The notes below the pieces were generated by a model. It was not told the origin of the DNA and searched no databases. It saw only the letters and a list, made by a program, of their open reading frames with translations. Positions 1 through 9,579 of a DNA stretch of 64,000 nt are shown here, piece after piece (the first letter of the stretch is position 1; each line of letters opens with the position of its first letter). The stretch lies in assembly GCA_963837955.1 (NCBI GenBank), contig CAWIPH010000001.1, forward strand, positions 1 through 64,000. The letters are read 5' to 3'. The DNA is from an uncultured Verrucomicrobiae bacterium. GTDB taxonomy: Bacteria > Verrucomicrobiota > Verrucomicrobiia > Chthoniobacterales > JAFAMB01. The translations under genes were made by a program, and so were the position numbers.

Positions 1-47
1 TCGCGAGCAAGGGTGGAAAAGCAGCAAGCTTCTGGTACGATCGGTTC

Positions 48-527
48 ATGACAGACAACTCAACCCATCACGGCACAGTCGTCTTCGAACGCACGTACGA
101 GGTGCCAATTGCGCGTGTTTACGCGGCCTTGGCCGATCCTGTCGCTCGGGCAAGCTGGAGCGCTCCGTCCGATACGGCAATTTTTGTGTACGACGAGACG
201 GACTTTCGCGTTGGCGGTCGCGACGTCTTTCGATGCGGCTCAAGAACCGATCTACGGTATCGCGGAGAAACGCGTTACCACGACATTGTACCCGAGCGCC
301 GCATCGTGTCGACTGAGGTCATCAACGAACTCGACAAACCACTATCGGCAGCCGTCACAACCCTTGAGCCTGAGCGCGAGGGCGAACGCACAAAATTGAA
401 ATTGACCGTTCAGGTAGTCTCACTCGAAGGCCCCGGGATGATCGAGGGGACCGAAACAGGATACGCAGGTGCGCTCGACAATCTGGGTCACTACCTTAAG
501 CGTCCGTCACAAACAATTTGCGAATAA
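48..527 (+). CDS. SRPBCC/AHSA1 (START-like) family protein
   Basis: ERTYEVPIARVYAALADP...W...DFRVGGRD...YHDIVPERRIV pattern; 159 aa. Confidence 0.85.
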   Translation: MTDNSTHHGTVVFERTYEVPIARVYAALADPVARASWSAPSDTAIFVYDETDFRVGGRDVFRCGSRTDLRYRGETRYHDIVPERRIVSTEVINELDKPLSAAVTTLEPEREGERTKLKLTVQVVSLEGPGMIEGTETGYAGALDNLGHYLKRPSQTICE

Positions 528-540
528 AAAACGAAGTATC

Positions 541-576
541 AAAAAACTACGCCCCGCTACTGGGGCAGGGCGTAGT
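541..576 (-). terminator. Rho-independent terminator of the ABC operon
   Basis: Stem ACTACGCCC(546-554)/GGGCGTAGT(568-576). The A6 at 541-546 gives a U-tract on the minus strand. Lies between convergent genes. Confidence 0.7.
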
Positions 577-616
577 CCTGTTAGTCGATCAATTGACTAA
601 AAACTGATTACTTGAT

Positions 617-1615
617 CTAACGGAAGCCTTGCTCGATCAGGGGAGCAATGGTGTCGACATTGGCCGGTGTGACTTCGCCGACACCCGTGTCCTGGTGCAA
701 GCCGGGAATGAGGTACATCTTGGTCAACCAGATTTGCTGTACTGGGTCCCAGCCCTGCAGATACAGAACCTGGTCAAAGCTCGCCACAATGTAGCCAGCT
801 TTGATTCCGGCGATGACGTCCGGGCCGAGGTCAATACCGCCGACCACGACATCACCGGGTTTCTTACCAGCGTCCTTGAGGATCTTGGGCAAGATGGAGG
901 TGATTTGACCGTGCTGCGTGCCGATAGCCTTGAGGTCGGGATGAGCCGCCAGATAGGCCGTCATTACCGGAATACCCTTGGTCGGATCAGTGTCGATATC
1001 CTGGGTCACGTCGAGCTTGTCAACGTTGCCCTTGCCGAGAGTTTTCTCCAGCGCGTCAAAGCAACCCTGAGAACTCTTGCTGCGGCCTTCCTGATGGAAG
1101 ATGTCCCACACGAGGGCCTTGTCGCCAGCCTTGAGCTTCCCACTATCAACCATCGCCTGTCCGGTCAGGTAACCACCCGCATACAGGTCAGCACCGGCAT
1201 AGCCGAAGCCCTTGGTCTTGTATTTGGTTTCAATGTTGGGCAACGGGTTGTTGCCGCTGGTGACAATGATGCCCGCGGCTTCAGCCTGGTCAACCAGTGG
1301 CTCCATAGCGGCTTCACCGGGGTGGCCCATGATGACGATGCCGTCTGGCTTGGCGGCAATCGCCTCTTTGAACTGGTCGATCATCTTTTTAGTGTCCCAG
1401 CTTCCATACTGCTCATGCAGTTCGATGCCGAGGGCCTTGGCTGCGGCTTCTGCACCGGTGGTGCGAGCCAACACGGAGGCGATACCCTTATCGCCGCCCA
1501 TTTGCATATAGACGACGATTGCCTTGCCTGGGGCGCCGGTGGATTTCACCGGGGCCATTGCTAGGACGAAAGCGGATACTAATCCGAGCGCCCTAATGGT
1601 AGAGATACGTTTCAT
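617..1615 (-). CDS. Sugar ABC transporter substrate-binding protein (Peripla_BP_4-like)
   Basis: Signal peptide; AIAAKPDGIVIMGHPG and YLAAHPDLKAI motifs; last gene of the ABC operon. Confidence 0.9.
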   Translation of the reverse strand: MKRISTIRALGLVSAFVLAMAPVKSTGAPGKAIVVYMQMGGDKGIASVLARTTGAEAAAKALGIELHEQYGSWDTKKMIDQFKEAIAAKPDGIVIMGHPGEAAMEPLVDQAEAAGIIVTSGNNPLPNIETKYKTKGFGYAGADLYAGGYLTGQAMVDSGKLKAGDKALVWDIFHQEGRSKSSQGCFDALEKTLGKGNVDKLDVTQDIDTDPTKGIPVMTAYLAAHPDLKAIGTQHGQITSILPKILKDAGKKPGDVVVGGIDLGPDVIAGIKAGYIVASFDQVLYLQGWDPVQQIWLTKMYLIPGLHQDTGVGEVTPANVDTIAPLIEQGFR

Positions 1616-1743
1616 TTTCTGTCTTCTTATTTGAATGAATCAGATTCTTTTGTTTATCCATGTTGCTGACGCGGTAGCCTCATTAAGCCTAAAGGGGCTT
1701 CCTCCCTTTGGTAAATTCTGAACAAACCAATAACGGCTGCCGA

Positions 1744-2814
1744 TCAGTTCGGCGCCGTGTCGTTCTTCTGCAGTAGTTCCTGAGCGGAGTTGGCGGAAAC
1801 TGGCGCCCCCCAATGACGGAACCGACTGGAGAGCGCAGCCATGTTGCCTTTGCCCGTTGCCGCGTTGAGCACGATGACCGCAGCCATGACGACGCCCTCC
1901 ACTACCTGGACCCAATAGCCACTGATCGTGGTCGCCACCACGCCGGCCGCTAGCGAACCAATGATGTAAGCGCCAAAAACGGTACCGAATATGGACCCTG
2001 CTCCCCCGGCAATTGAGGTCCCGCCAATAAACACTGATGCCATGGCTGGCAGGAGAAAGTTGCCCTGGTCCGGGTAGAACACGCCAATATCAAGGGTGAC
2101 GATAATTCCTGAAAAGGCCGCGATCATGCCCTGCAAGGCAAAGAGCCTGATGCGGGTCGCCTCGACATTAACACCCATCACCCGCGCGACGTTGGCATTG
2201 TCACCGATAAACATGATGCCCTCGCCAAACTTGTGTCGGTTCAGGATGAACCAAAGCAGCACGGCCAGCCCCGACGCCCAGAGCGCCTGAAGAGGCACGG
2301 CGCCAAACAGCCGGCCTACAAAAAGCTCGTGAACGAAATTATCCTGGCTTCCCTTGAGTGTCACCTGCAGTCCACCCGCGAGCAGAATCGAGATGCCGTA
2401 CCAGAAAAAATTAGCGGCGAGGGTTGCCATAATCGATGGCACGCCGATGCGTGCGACCATCACGCCGTTGATATACCCGACCAGAGCGCCAGCAGCGAGG
2501 GCCAGTCCGATACCAATCCAGGCACCATAGGTCGGGTCAAAGGTTTTCCAGCCCCAGGAAAGTGCAAAGCCCGACAACGAAACGACCGCGGGGAAGCTCA
2601 AGTCGATCTCGCCCGCGGTAATGACGAGCGTCAGCCCTAACGCGGCGATGAGCGTAGGTGGAACCGTTTCCAGGAAGGATATATAGATCAGCGGGTGCGT
2701 GAAGACGGTCGGGGCGGCAATGATCAAGGCCACGTACAGGACCAACAGCACCATAGCTATTGGGAAACCTTCCAACCGTCCCAGAAACTTAAAGAGTGAC
2801 CTGACGGAGTTCAT
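1744..2814 (-). CDS. Sugar ABC transporter permease (RbsC-like)
   Basis: GEIDLSF, GVPSIMATL and VFIGGTSIAGGAGS motifs; many TM segments. Confidence 0.92.
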   Translation of the reverse strand: MNSVRSLFKFLGRLEGFPIAMVLLVLYVALIIAAPTVFTHPLIYISFLETVPPTLIAALGLTLVITAGEIDLSFPAVVSLSGFALSWGWKTFDPTYGAWIGIGLALAAGALVGYINGVMVARIGVPSIMATLAANFFWYGISILLAGGLQVTLKGSQDNFVHELFVGRLFGAVPLQALWASGLAVLLWFILNRHKFGEGIMFIGDNANVARVMGVNVEATRIRLFALQGMIAAFSGIIVTLDIGVFYPDQGNFLLPAMASVFIGGTSIAGGAGSIFGTVFGAYIIGSLAAGVVATTISGYWVQVVEGVVMAAVIVLNAATGKGNMAALSSRFRHWGAPVSANSAQELLQKNDTAPN

Positions 2815-2816
2815 GA

Positions 2817-3611
2817 CTACTCCTTGTCTTTCAGGCCGTGCGCGTATTCGAGCAGAAATCCGTCTAAACCCTTCAAACTAATATCCTTCTTCGGAATGCT
2901 TGCGCCAATCTCGCCACGATCCAGGACAATGAAGCGGTCGGAAACCTCATACACGTCCGGAATGCTGTGGGAAATGTAAATGCTCGCCTTCCCGCCCTCC
3001 TTGATCTTGTGGACAAAGTTGATTACCTTCGCTACCTCCTTGAGAGACAAAGCAACTGTCGGCTCGTCAAGGATGATCAGATCGGCCTCGAAATGCATCG
3101 CACGTCCAATGGCGATCCCCTGGCGTTCGCCGCCTGAAAGCTGGCTCACGTTGGAGTCCACGGTGATGCCCTTGCTACGGAAGCCAATGGTGTTGACCAT
3201 GATTTCGTTGGCAATGGCTTTTTCCTTTTTCACGTCGATGAAGCCAAAGCGGTTCACAATCTCCCGTCCAATAAAGAAGTTCCGCCACAGGACCTGCTTT
3301 TCACCGAGAGATTTATCCTGGTACACGGTTTCGATGCCGTGCGCGTGGGCGCTTTGGACGTTATAGCGGCGGAAATCGACTTTGCGGCCGGCAACGTATA
3401 ATTCGCCCCTGGTTGGCGGAAACACGCCCGTTAGGATTTTCACCATCGTCGACTTACCGGCTCCGTTGTCACCGATCAGCCCGACGATCTCATTGCGACC
3501 AACTTCCAAGTTGATGTTGGTCAGCGCACGCACCGGGCCAAAATACTTTTCGATGTTGACCATCCGCAGCGCCTGTTGTTCGACCGACTCTTGAACCGGG
3601 TCGTTCAGCAC
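2817..3611 (-). CDS. Sugar ABC transporter ATP-binding protein
   Basis: Walker A GDNGAGKS, signature LSGGERQ, Walker B IILDEPT; GGAGG RBS before the GTG start. Confidence 0.95.
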   Translation of the reverse strand: MLNDPVQESVEQQALRMVNIEKYFGPVRALTNINLEVGRNEIVGLIGDNGAGKSTMVKILTGVFPPTRGELYVAGRKVDFRRYNVQSAHAHGIETVYQDKSLGEKQVLWRNFFIGREIVNRFGFIDVKKEKAIANEIMVNTIGFRSKGITVDSNVSQLSGGERQGIAIGRAMHFEADLIILDEPTVALSLKEVAKVINFVHKIKEGGKASIYISHSIPDVYEVSDRFIVLDRGEIGASIPKKDISLKGLDGFLLEYAHGLKDKE

Positions 3612-3724
3612 AGAGAACCTCCCATCGAAAAGGCAATCGTGCCCTTGTCGCCAGCGAAAGCCTGCGGGGATAGCGACATTAGGCTAAGAGCTAATGTCAT
3701 AAAGACAAACTTGAATAATTTCAT
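3605..3724 (-). pseudogene. Truncated secreted protein (signal peptide plus first strand, sugar-binding-protein-like)
   Basis: MKLFKFVFMTLALSLMSLSPQAFA|GDKGTIAFS is a clean Sec signal with AxA site; the ORF stops after 39 aa, overlapping the ATPase start. Confidence 0.5.
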
Positions 3725-4094
3725 TTGTACTGGGGGGCGACAAACGGCGTATCGGTGATCCCGTGAACGCTCACGGGACGTTCGCAGATTGCATCTTCTC
3801 TGCAAGGAAAATTGCTCGTACGAAGAAGAACATTGGCTGTCTCGGAGTGAGCTACAAACGTTACCCTAGTTTCTAAGGCTACGTGATATTCTGATTTATA
3901 CCGTGCGAATGAAAGAGCTCGATTTGAATAACCTGACTCCGATCCAGGCCGAGCGGTTGTTGGAACGGGGAGAGAGAATTCGTTCTGGTCGGCCTGTGGT
4001 CGATGTATCAGCGATCCTTGAGGCCCTCTAGGTCTTAGCTCGATTGTTTGAGAGGCCCTCGCCAACGAGCGCGCCTTGAGGTCGTGAAGGTTAG

Positions 4095-4585
4095 AAGCAT
4101 CTGCAAAACTGCGATAAAGAGTTCCTCGAAAAGCGACATCGAGCGAATGAATGGCACGGACGCGGCGCGCGGGGCCGGCGTGTTATCAAGGACTTCGATT
4201 TCGACGGCTCGGAGATACCTGGCTGGACGCTGCAACGCGTGCGGCGCGACGATCAGGTAAAGCCTCCGGTGATCCGTTCAATATGGCGTCACGGTGAGTC
4301 TGATCGTGAGTTGCTTTCCGTCGATGTATTCGTGTGCGCATCGGTCAAGGCCGCACATGATCAACTCATCGAAGCGCTCGGTAATTTCGAGGCCGACGCT
4401 GTGGAACGGCGAACCGAGAAGAACGCTCCCGGCGAAGTCGCATTTGGGCTGGACGATACAATGGTATTGTTTGCCGGCGGAAATTGGTGGTGCTGATCCG
4501 CAACGCCGGGCCGAAGGTGGTGTCAGTCCGCGCGGCTGCGCGGGCACTCGACGCGTTGCTCGTACGATGGGGTAAATCCAAGTAA
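4095..4585 (+). pseudogene. Frameshifted homolog of the 15938-16456 hypothetical protein, start codon lost
   Basis: Reads KEFLEKRHRANEW...GWTLQRV...SVKAAHDQLIEAL...GEVAF...VLFAGGN, then after a shift at ~4484 LVVLIRNAGPKVVSVRAAARALDALL; collinear with 15938-16456. Confidence 0.55.
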
Positions 4586-4805
4586 TCATCTTGAGCCATC
4601 GCGTGGCCCGACTCACCTCGGGATCTCAACCCGGGGAGGATTGTGATCAGGCGTAAATACTTAGGCGTGGACTCGCAGGCAAAAGCGTTGTTACCAGCGT
4701 GCCCCTCCTGGAACACGCCGTCGCGAAAGTAATGGTCTCTAAAAGACGACTAATTACGGGCAGACCAAAACGGCTCGAAACGGCCGCTCCGCAGCACCTC
4801 CAGAG

Positions 4806-5087
4806 CTACCAATTGTGCCACCACTTCCGCCAGCCATTGCCCCAGTTCCGCCAGCCGTTGTGCCACCCATTGTGCCAATTCCCCCAGCCAGTAAGCTGGA
4901 TGCCGTTACTTTCGGAAGCGGACTTGGCCTGTCCTACGATGGCCTCACGCACCCGCGTGATTCTTTGGGAAATGGTCGCGTTAGGGTTGGTGGAAGTATC
5001 TACCTTAGCAGAGCCTGTGGTCGGGAATAAACCGGCGCACGCTAGGAGCTGAACGGCTGCGGCCAAGATCGAAGGTGTTTTCTTCAT
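4806..5087 (-). CDS. GrrA/OscA-family (triceptide/cyclophane) RiPP precursor peptide, 93 aa
   Basis: Signal-like N-terminus, leader TISQRITRVREAI, core GWGNWHNGWHNGWRNWGNGWRKWWHNW with six W-x-N motifs; likely start ATG 5087. Confidence 0.8.
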   Translation of the reverse strand: MKKTPSILAAAVQLLACAGLFPTTGSAKVDTSTNPNATISQRITRVREAIVGQAKSASESNGIQLTGWGNWHNGWHNGWRNWGNGWRKWWHNW

Positions 5088-5344
5088 TGCTGATTTTTTT
5101 CTCGTTTTTGAAATGCAGGCGTTGGTCAATGGGCTTTTGAGGCATTTACGGTTCGCAAAAGAGTGACAGGGCGGTTGTCTTCGTGTTGGTCCAAATTCGC
5201 CAAGCCTCAGCAAGCAGTTGAAACAACACGCATATTTGTAACGAAACGGTTTAGATCTGCCAACTCCAAAAAGGTTGGAACGATGATTCCCTTAACTCCC
5301 ACTGATGGTTACCAGGCACTCGCATTACCGCATATCTCGGGCAG

Positions 5345-7057
5345 TCAGCGCGAAGGTTTAGTCCGGTTCAATCGAGCTCGAAGGAGCCGCCATGAAAAGA
5401 GGCCGACGAATAAGCAGAGGGGCCAGCTCTCGTCCGGCGGTGTCCATCGATCTCGCGAACAGGCCTTGAGCATGGGAACAGAAAGATCCCAAACACCGAA
5501 TTGGGTGTGGGTTGCCAGAGCATCAATCAGGTCTCCGTTGCTGTCCCAGAACTCTGATCCACCGCTGGCAACATACAACAGCGGACGCCGGTACTTGATG
5601 GCAAGGAGCCGGCGAGCCAAGCGTGACTGGCTCCGTTCCTCTTCGGAGTGGTCAAACCAGGTCAGATCGGAAAGGACCAGCTGCAGATTAACCGACCGGA
5701 GAGTCGCAACGCCGCGACGTACCCAAATGTCCGGTAATTGATGCTCGTTACAGATAGCAACTATCGCCCGTAGTCCGCTTGCTATCGGCAGTTCTGGCCC
5801 ATTCTTTTCCGGGATCATTCGCCGCGAAAGGTGTGTTGCCTTTTCGCCGATCTCCTCCAGAACGGGCGCGCCTTCGAAAGGGTTCACTTCTACGAAGGGC
5901 GCTCCGATTTGTTTGTCGACCTCTCCGATCGGTTGGAGGCTCACATCCAGCGAGATCGCCGTGTTTCGAAAGGCCCACTTTTGGCCAACTCGCTCTCGGA
6001 CCATCGCGCCGGTAACAATGGGCGAATTGATTTGCGAACTGAACCCGCTTTGCAACTCGGACAAGCTCATTAGGTGCTCGGCATCGGGTTCGTCCGGATC
6101 GTTCCATTCGCCGATCGAGATCGCGCCCTCTGGCAGGAATAGAATATCAAAATGACCGCCATCCTGCAGACAAGCGCTGAGCGAGTCTGCATAGTTTCTG
6201 GTGCTTGGGTCATTCTCGGGCGGGGATGGCCCGGATTGGACCACGCCAACCTTCAATGAAAGAAGATCCGCTTCGGGTAAATGGTGACGACGTTGTAGCT
6301 CACCGGCGAACAGAAGCGCGATCAGCAGCAGCATGGCGATCCCAAGTCGAAAACGACCGGCCCGGCGGGCCGCGATCCGTGGAGCCCAAGTGGTTTTGCG
6401 CTCGTGCAACCACCAGGTCGCGGCCGCATAGGAACAGAGAACCATCAGGGCGCTCATACCACCAGCTCCGACCCAGCGCGTTGCCTGAGCGAAGTCAATA
6501 TTGGCCATCGGCAGATGGGCCGAATAAAGATGGGCCGTTCCCAGACGGGGCAACACAGTTCGGAGATAGTCGCAGGAGGGAAGCGCCAGGACCGTTAGGC
6601 AAAGCCCAAGAAAACCCGGTCGCCGCACCGTGGGCGAGCGCAACAAGGCAGCCACAACTGCCATGAAAACGCCGCCATAGAAAACGACGATGAGTAGAAC
6701 GAGGCCCGCCCAATGGGCGTCGAATTCTGTGACCAACCACCGCAAATTCAGCGCCGCGATCCCGGCGCCAAACCCAAATCCGACCAGAGCCGCGCGCTTC
6801 GCACGAAGGCCAGCGATAGATCTAAAAAACAGGATGTACCCGAATATCCCGAACCCGGCCGCAGCTGATTCGAAATGATAAAGCAGGGTAACCAGCGCGG
6901 CCGCACCCGCGATCATCAATCCTCGGCGGTCGAGCGCGACCAACGCCAGAATCGCAAATCCGGTAGAGAAAAGCCGGTCAGCGGGATGCCATGTCGCCGC
7001 CAGCAGCAACCCGAGAAAGAGACAAAGGCGGAAAAAGCGGCGTAGAGAGCTGCTCAA
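5345..7057 (-). CDS. lnt: Apolipoprotein N-acyltransferase-like protein (TM domain + nitrilase fold)
   Basis: N-terminal TM bundle, VGVVQ, catalytic E (LPEG), K (DKQIGAPFVE) and C (AICNE). Confidence 0.7.
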   Translation of the reverse strand: MSSSLRRFFRLCLFLGLLLAATWHPADRLFSTGFAILALVALDRRGLMIAGAAALVTLLYHFESAAAGFGIFGYILFFRSIAGLRAKRAALVGFGFGAGIAALNLRWLVTEFDAHWAGLVLLIVVFYGGVFMAVVAALLRSPTVRRPGFLGLCLTVLALPSCDYLRTVLPRLGTAHLYSAHLPMANIDFAQATRWVGAGGMSALMVLCSYAAATWWLHERKTTWAPRIAARRAGRFRLGIAMLLLIALLFAGELQRRHHLPEADLLSLKVGVVQSGPSPPENDPSTRNYADSLSACLQDGGHFDILFLPEGAISIGEWNDPDEPDAEHLMSLSELQSGFSSQINSPIVTGAMVRERVGQKWAFRNTAISLDVSLQPIGEVDKQIGAPFVEVNPFEGAPVLEEIGEKATHLSRRMIPEKNGPELPIASGLRAIVAICNEHQLPDIWVRRGVATLRSVNLQLVLSDLTWFDHSEEERSQSRLARRLLAIKYRRPLLYVASGGSEFWDSNGDLIDALATHTQFGVWDLSVPMLKACSRDRWTPPDESWPLCLFVGLFSWRLLRARLNRTKPSR

Positions 7058-7185
7058 TCCGGGTGATCGGTCCAGAATCTCAGTTTGGCTTTGGATGCTA
7101 TCCGGTTATCACAGCTCGGCCAAAGCCACATCGACAAATTTAGGGATCGAACTCCGTGTGACGAAACCCGATCACGGCGAGCCTT

Positions 7186-9305
7186 TCACTTCGTACCACA
7201 CCACTGATCGACCCAATCGTTCACCGTCTTGTACCAAAGTTGGCTGTTCAGTGGTTCTGAGACCCAATGACCTTCGTCCGGAAAATACAACATCTTCGAG
7301 GGCACTTTCAGCCGTTGCAGCGTCGTGAAAAGATCGAAGCCTTGAGACACGTCGACTCGGTAATCGAGCTGACCATGCACGACCAGCGTCGGCGTTTTGA
7401 AATTCTTCGCGAACAAATGAGGCGTCCATTTGCGATACAAGTCGCGGTGCTCCCAGGGCGGCCCTTTGAATTCCCAATCTGGGAACCAGAGTTCTTCGGT
7501 CGTTCCATACGCCGTCTCCGTGTTGAACAATCCATCGTGCGACACGATGCATTTGAAGCGATTGGTGTGGCCGAAAATCCAGTTTGCCATGTAACCGCCG
7601 TAGCTCGCGCCGAGCGCGGCTTCGCGACTCTTATCGATGAACGGATACGTTTTCTCGACGTAATCCAGTCCCTTCATAAGATCAACATAAGGTTTCCCGC
7701 CCCAATCGCCGCTGATCGAATCAGTAAACTTCTGCCCGTAACCGGTCGAGCCGTGAAAGTTGATCATAATCACGACATAGCCGTTCGCCGCAAACAACTC
7801 CGCGTTCCAGCGATATGTCCACAAATTTCCCCAGGCGCCTTGCGGCCCGCCGTGGATCAAAAATTTCAGCGGATATTTCTTCGTCGGATCGAATCCAGGC
7901 GGCTTGATGACCCATCCCTGAACTGTTCGCCCTCCGCGCCTTTGAATGTGAACGGACTCCAGCGGCTGCATGTCGATCTTCGACAGCACGCCATCATTCA
8001 TGTGCGTGACGGCGTTCGCTTCCTGCTTAGCTCTCTCCTCCGTTAATAAGCTCGTATCCTGCCAACCGGAAACGTCTATAGCAGCAATTTCACTCGGGGC
8101 GGTGATGGATTGCCGCGTAAAGAAAAGTCTACTTCCCCCTCTCCGGTTGCCAGGTTATCAGCGTGTAATCTTGTGATTTCAAACGGCTCCTTCATTCGAA
8201 GCGGCAGCGCCCAGATCGGTGATTCTCCGTGATCCTCGGCAGTAAAGAAAATCTCGGTTGAATCGGCCGACCACGCGAAACTACCCACTGAGCGATCGAA
8301 ATCTCGCGTCCCATTGCCGAGTTGTCCCGACGCGCGGTCGAAAATAATCAGCGATTCCTTATCCGACTCGAAGCCAGCGCGGGCTTGCGATCGCCATGCG
8401 ATATATTTTCCGTCCGGGGAATAGAGCGGTGTCGAATCGCTCCCAGCACTGGTGGAAATTTTCTTTGTCGAGCCGCCGGCCATCGGCACGACGAAAATTT
8501 CGTTGTTCGTGCTCGTTGCTTCCACTTCGTCGATGTTGCTCGTGTAGGCGAGCTCCTGTCCGTCCGGAGAGATCGCGTACATATCTTGTCCGCCGAGATT
8601 GAACGGTGGCACATCGTGATCGCCCGGCGTGAGGTCGCGTCCAGCCGCGCCGGGATCAACATCGGCGCTGGTGACAAAAAGGTGGCTCCGTTTGAACTCT
8701 GTGTAGGCGTTCCAATGCCGGTAGAGTAAGCGCGTAAAGATCTTCGCCTTTATTTTGCTCTTCGCGAGTTCTTCATCGCGCTGTTTATTTTCTGCTTCGC
8801 TTTTCGCGTCGGGATAAACCTTTGAAAGAAAGACAATGTCTCTTCCGTTGGGCGACCAGATCGCGCCGTCGGCCCCGGTTGAGAGGCTGGTGACTTGACG
8901 GGGATTGCCAGCGAGCACGCCCGTGTTCGTATCGAAATCGCAGATCCAGATCTGCTTTGGATCGGTTTTCTTCGACGTCCAGATCAACCTTTTGCCATCC
9001 GGCGAAAATCGCGGCCGCGCCTCGTCATCCGGTATTTCATTGAGTCGACGCGATTCGCCGCCGTTCGCCGGCACGATCCACAAATGCGAAATCTTCGTGT
9101 TCGCCTCAACATTGACATCTACTGCCGCGAACACGACCCATTTTCCGTCAGGCGACGGCGACGGCTCGCTCACCCGCTTAAGAGCCATCATGTCTTCGAA
9201 TGTGAATGGGCGTTTGCCGCTCGCACCTGAACTCTGCGGCGCAGTTTTAGCCAGAATTGATCCGGTGAAGGCGAGTAATAGGAAGAAAGTTTTCGTTGTT
9301 ATCAC
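7186..9305 (-). CDS. S9 family (prolyl oligopeptidase/dipeptidyl peptidase) secreted peptidase, split by a frameshift near 8137
   Basis: PD40-like SPDGK repeats in 8076-9305; HGGPQ, GASYGG, D (LDYRV) and DEGH in 7186-8001; the two frames join at a G5 run (8135-8139). Confidence 0.88.
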
Positions 9306-9357
9306 AGGCCTCGGGATTAGAAATTTATGTAAGACTCATAAGGGGGGTCACGTTTTA

Positions 9358-9394
9358 AATATTCAACACATTACTTATATGTGTGTTGAATATT
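9358..9394. promoter_or_regulatory. Perfect 13-bp inverted repeat, candidate operator
   Basis: AATATTCAACACA-N11-TGTGTTGAATATT in the divergent intergenic region. Confidence 0.55.
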
Positions 9395-9579
9395 AGATGC
9401 GATTGCCACTCGGGTTCCTGCCCTGCATCGAGCGTCTAGCGTCGAAGCGTGACCGACGCTTCGAGGAGTTCACCCCTTGCTTCGGCGCGCTCTGGGGTAA
9501 AGCCACCGAAACAATCCGGAATTTTTATTGTCCGTGACCGTTTAAACGAGCACCGTTATGTCTTCTCTCTACATGGTTT

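Noticed and set aside
629..1564. 311-aa plus-strand ORF (also 7267-8046, 48614-49285, 61482-62399 and similar)
   Set aside because: Antisense shadows of well-supported genes; no motifs of their own.
4278..4805. Possible radical SAM maturase downstream of the RiPP precursor
   Set aside because: No CxxxCxxC or GrrM-like N-terminus seen in the minus-strand frames; the ORFs look spurious.
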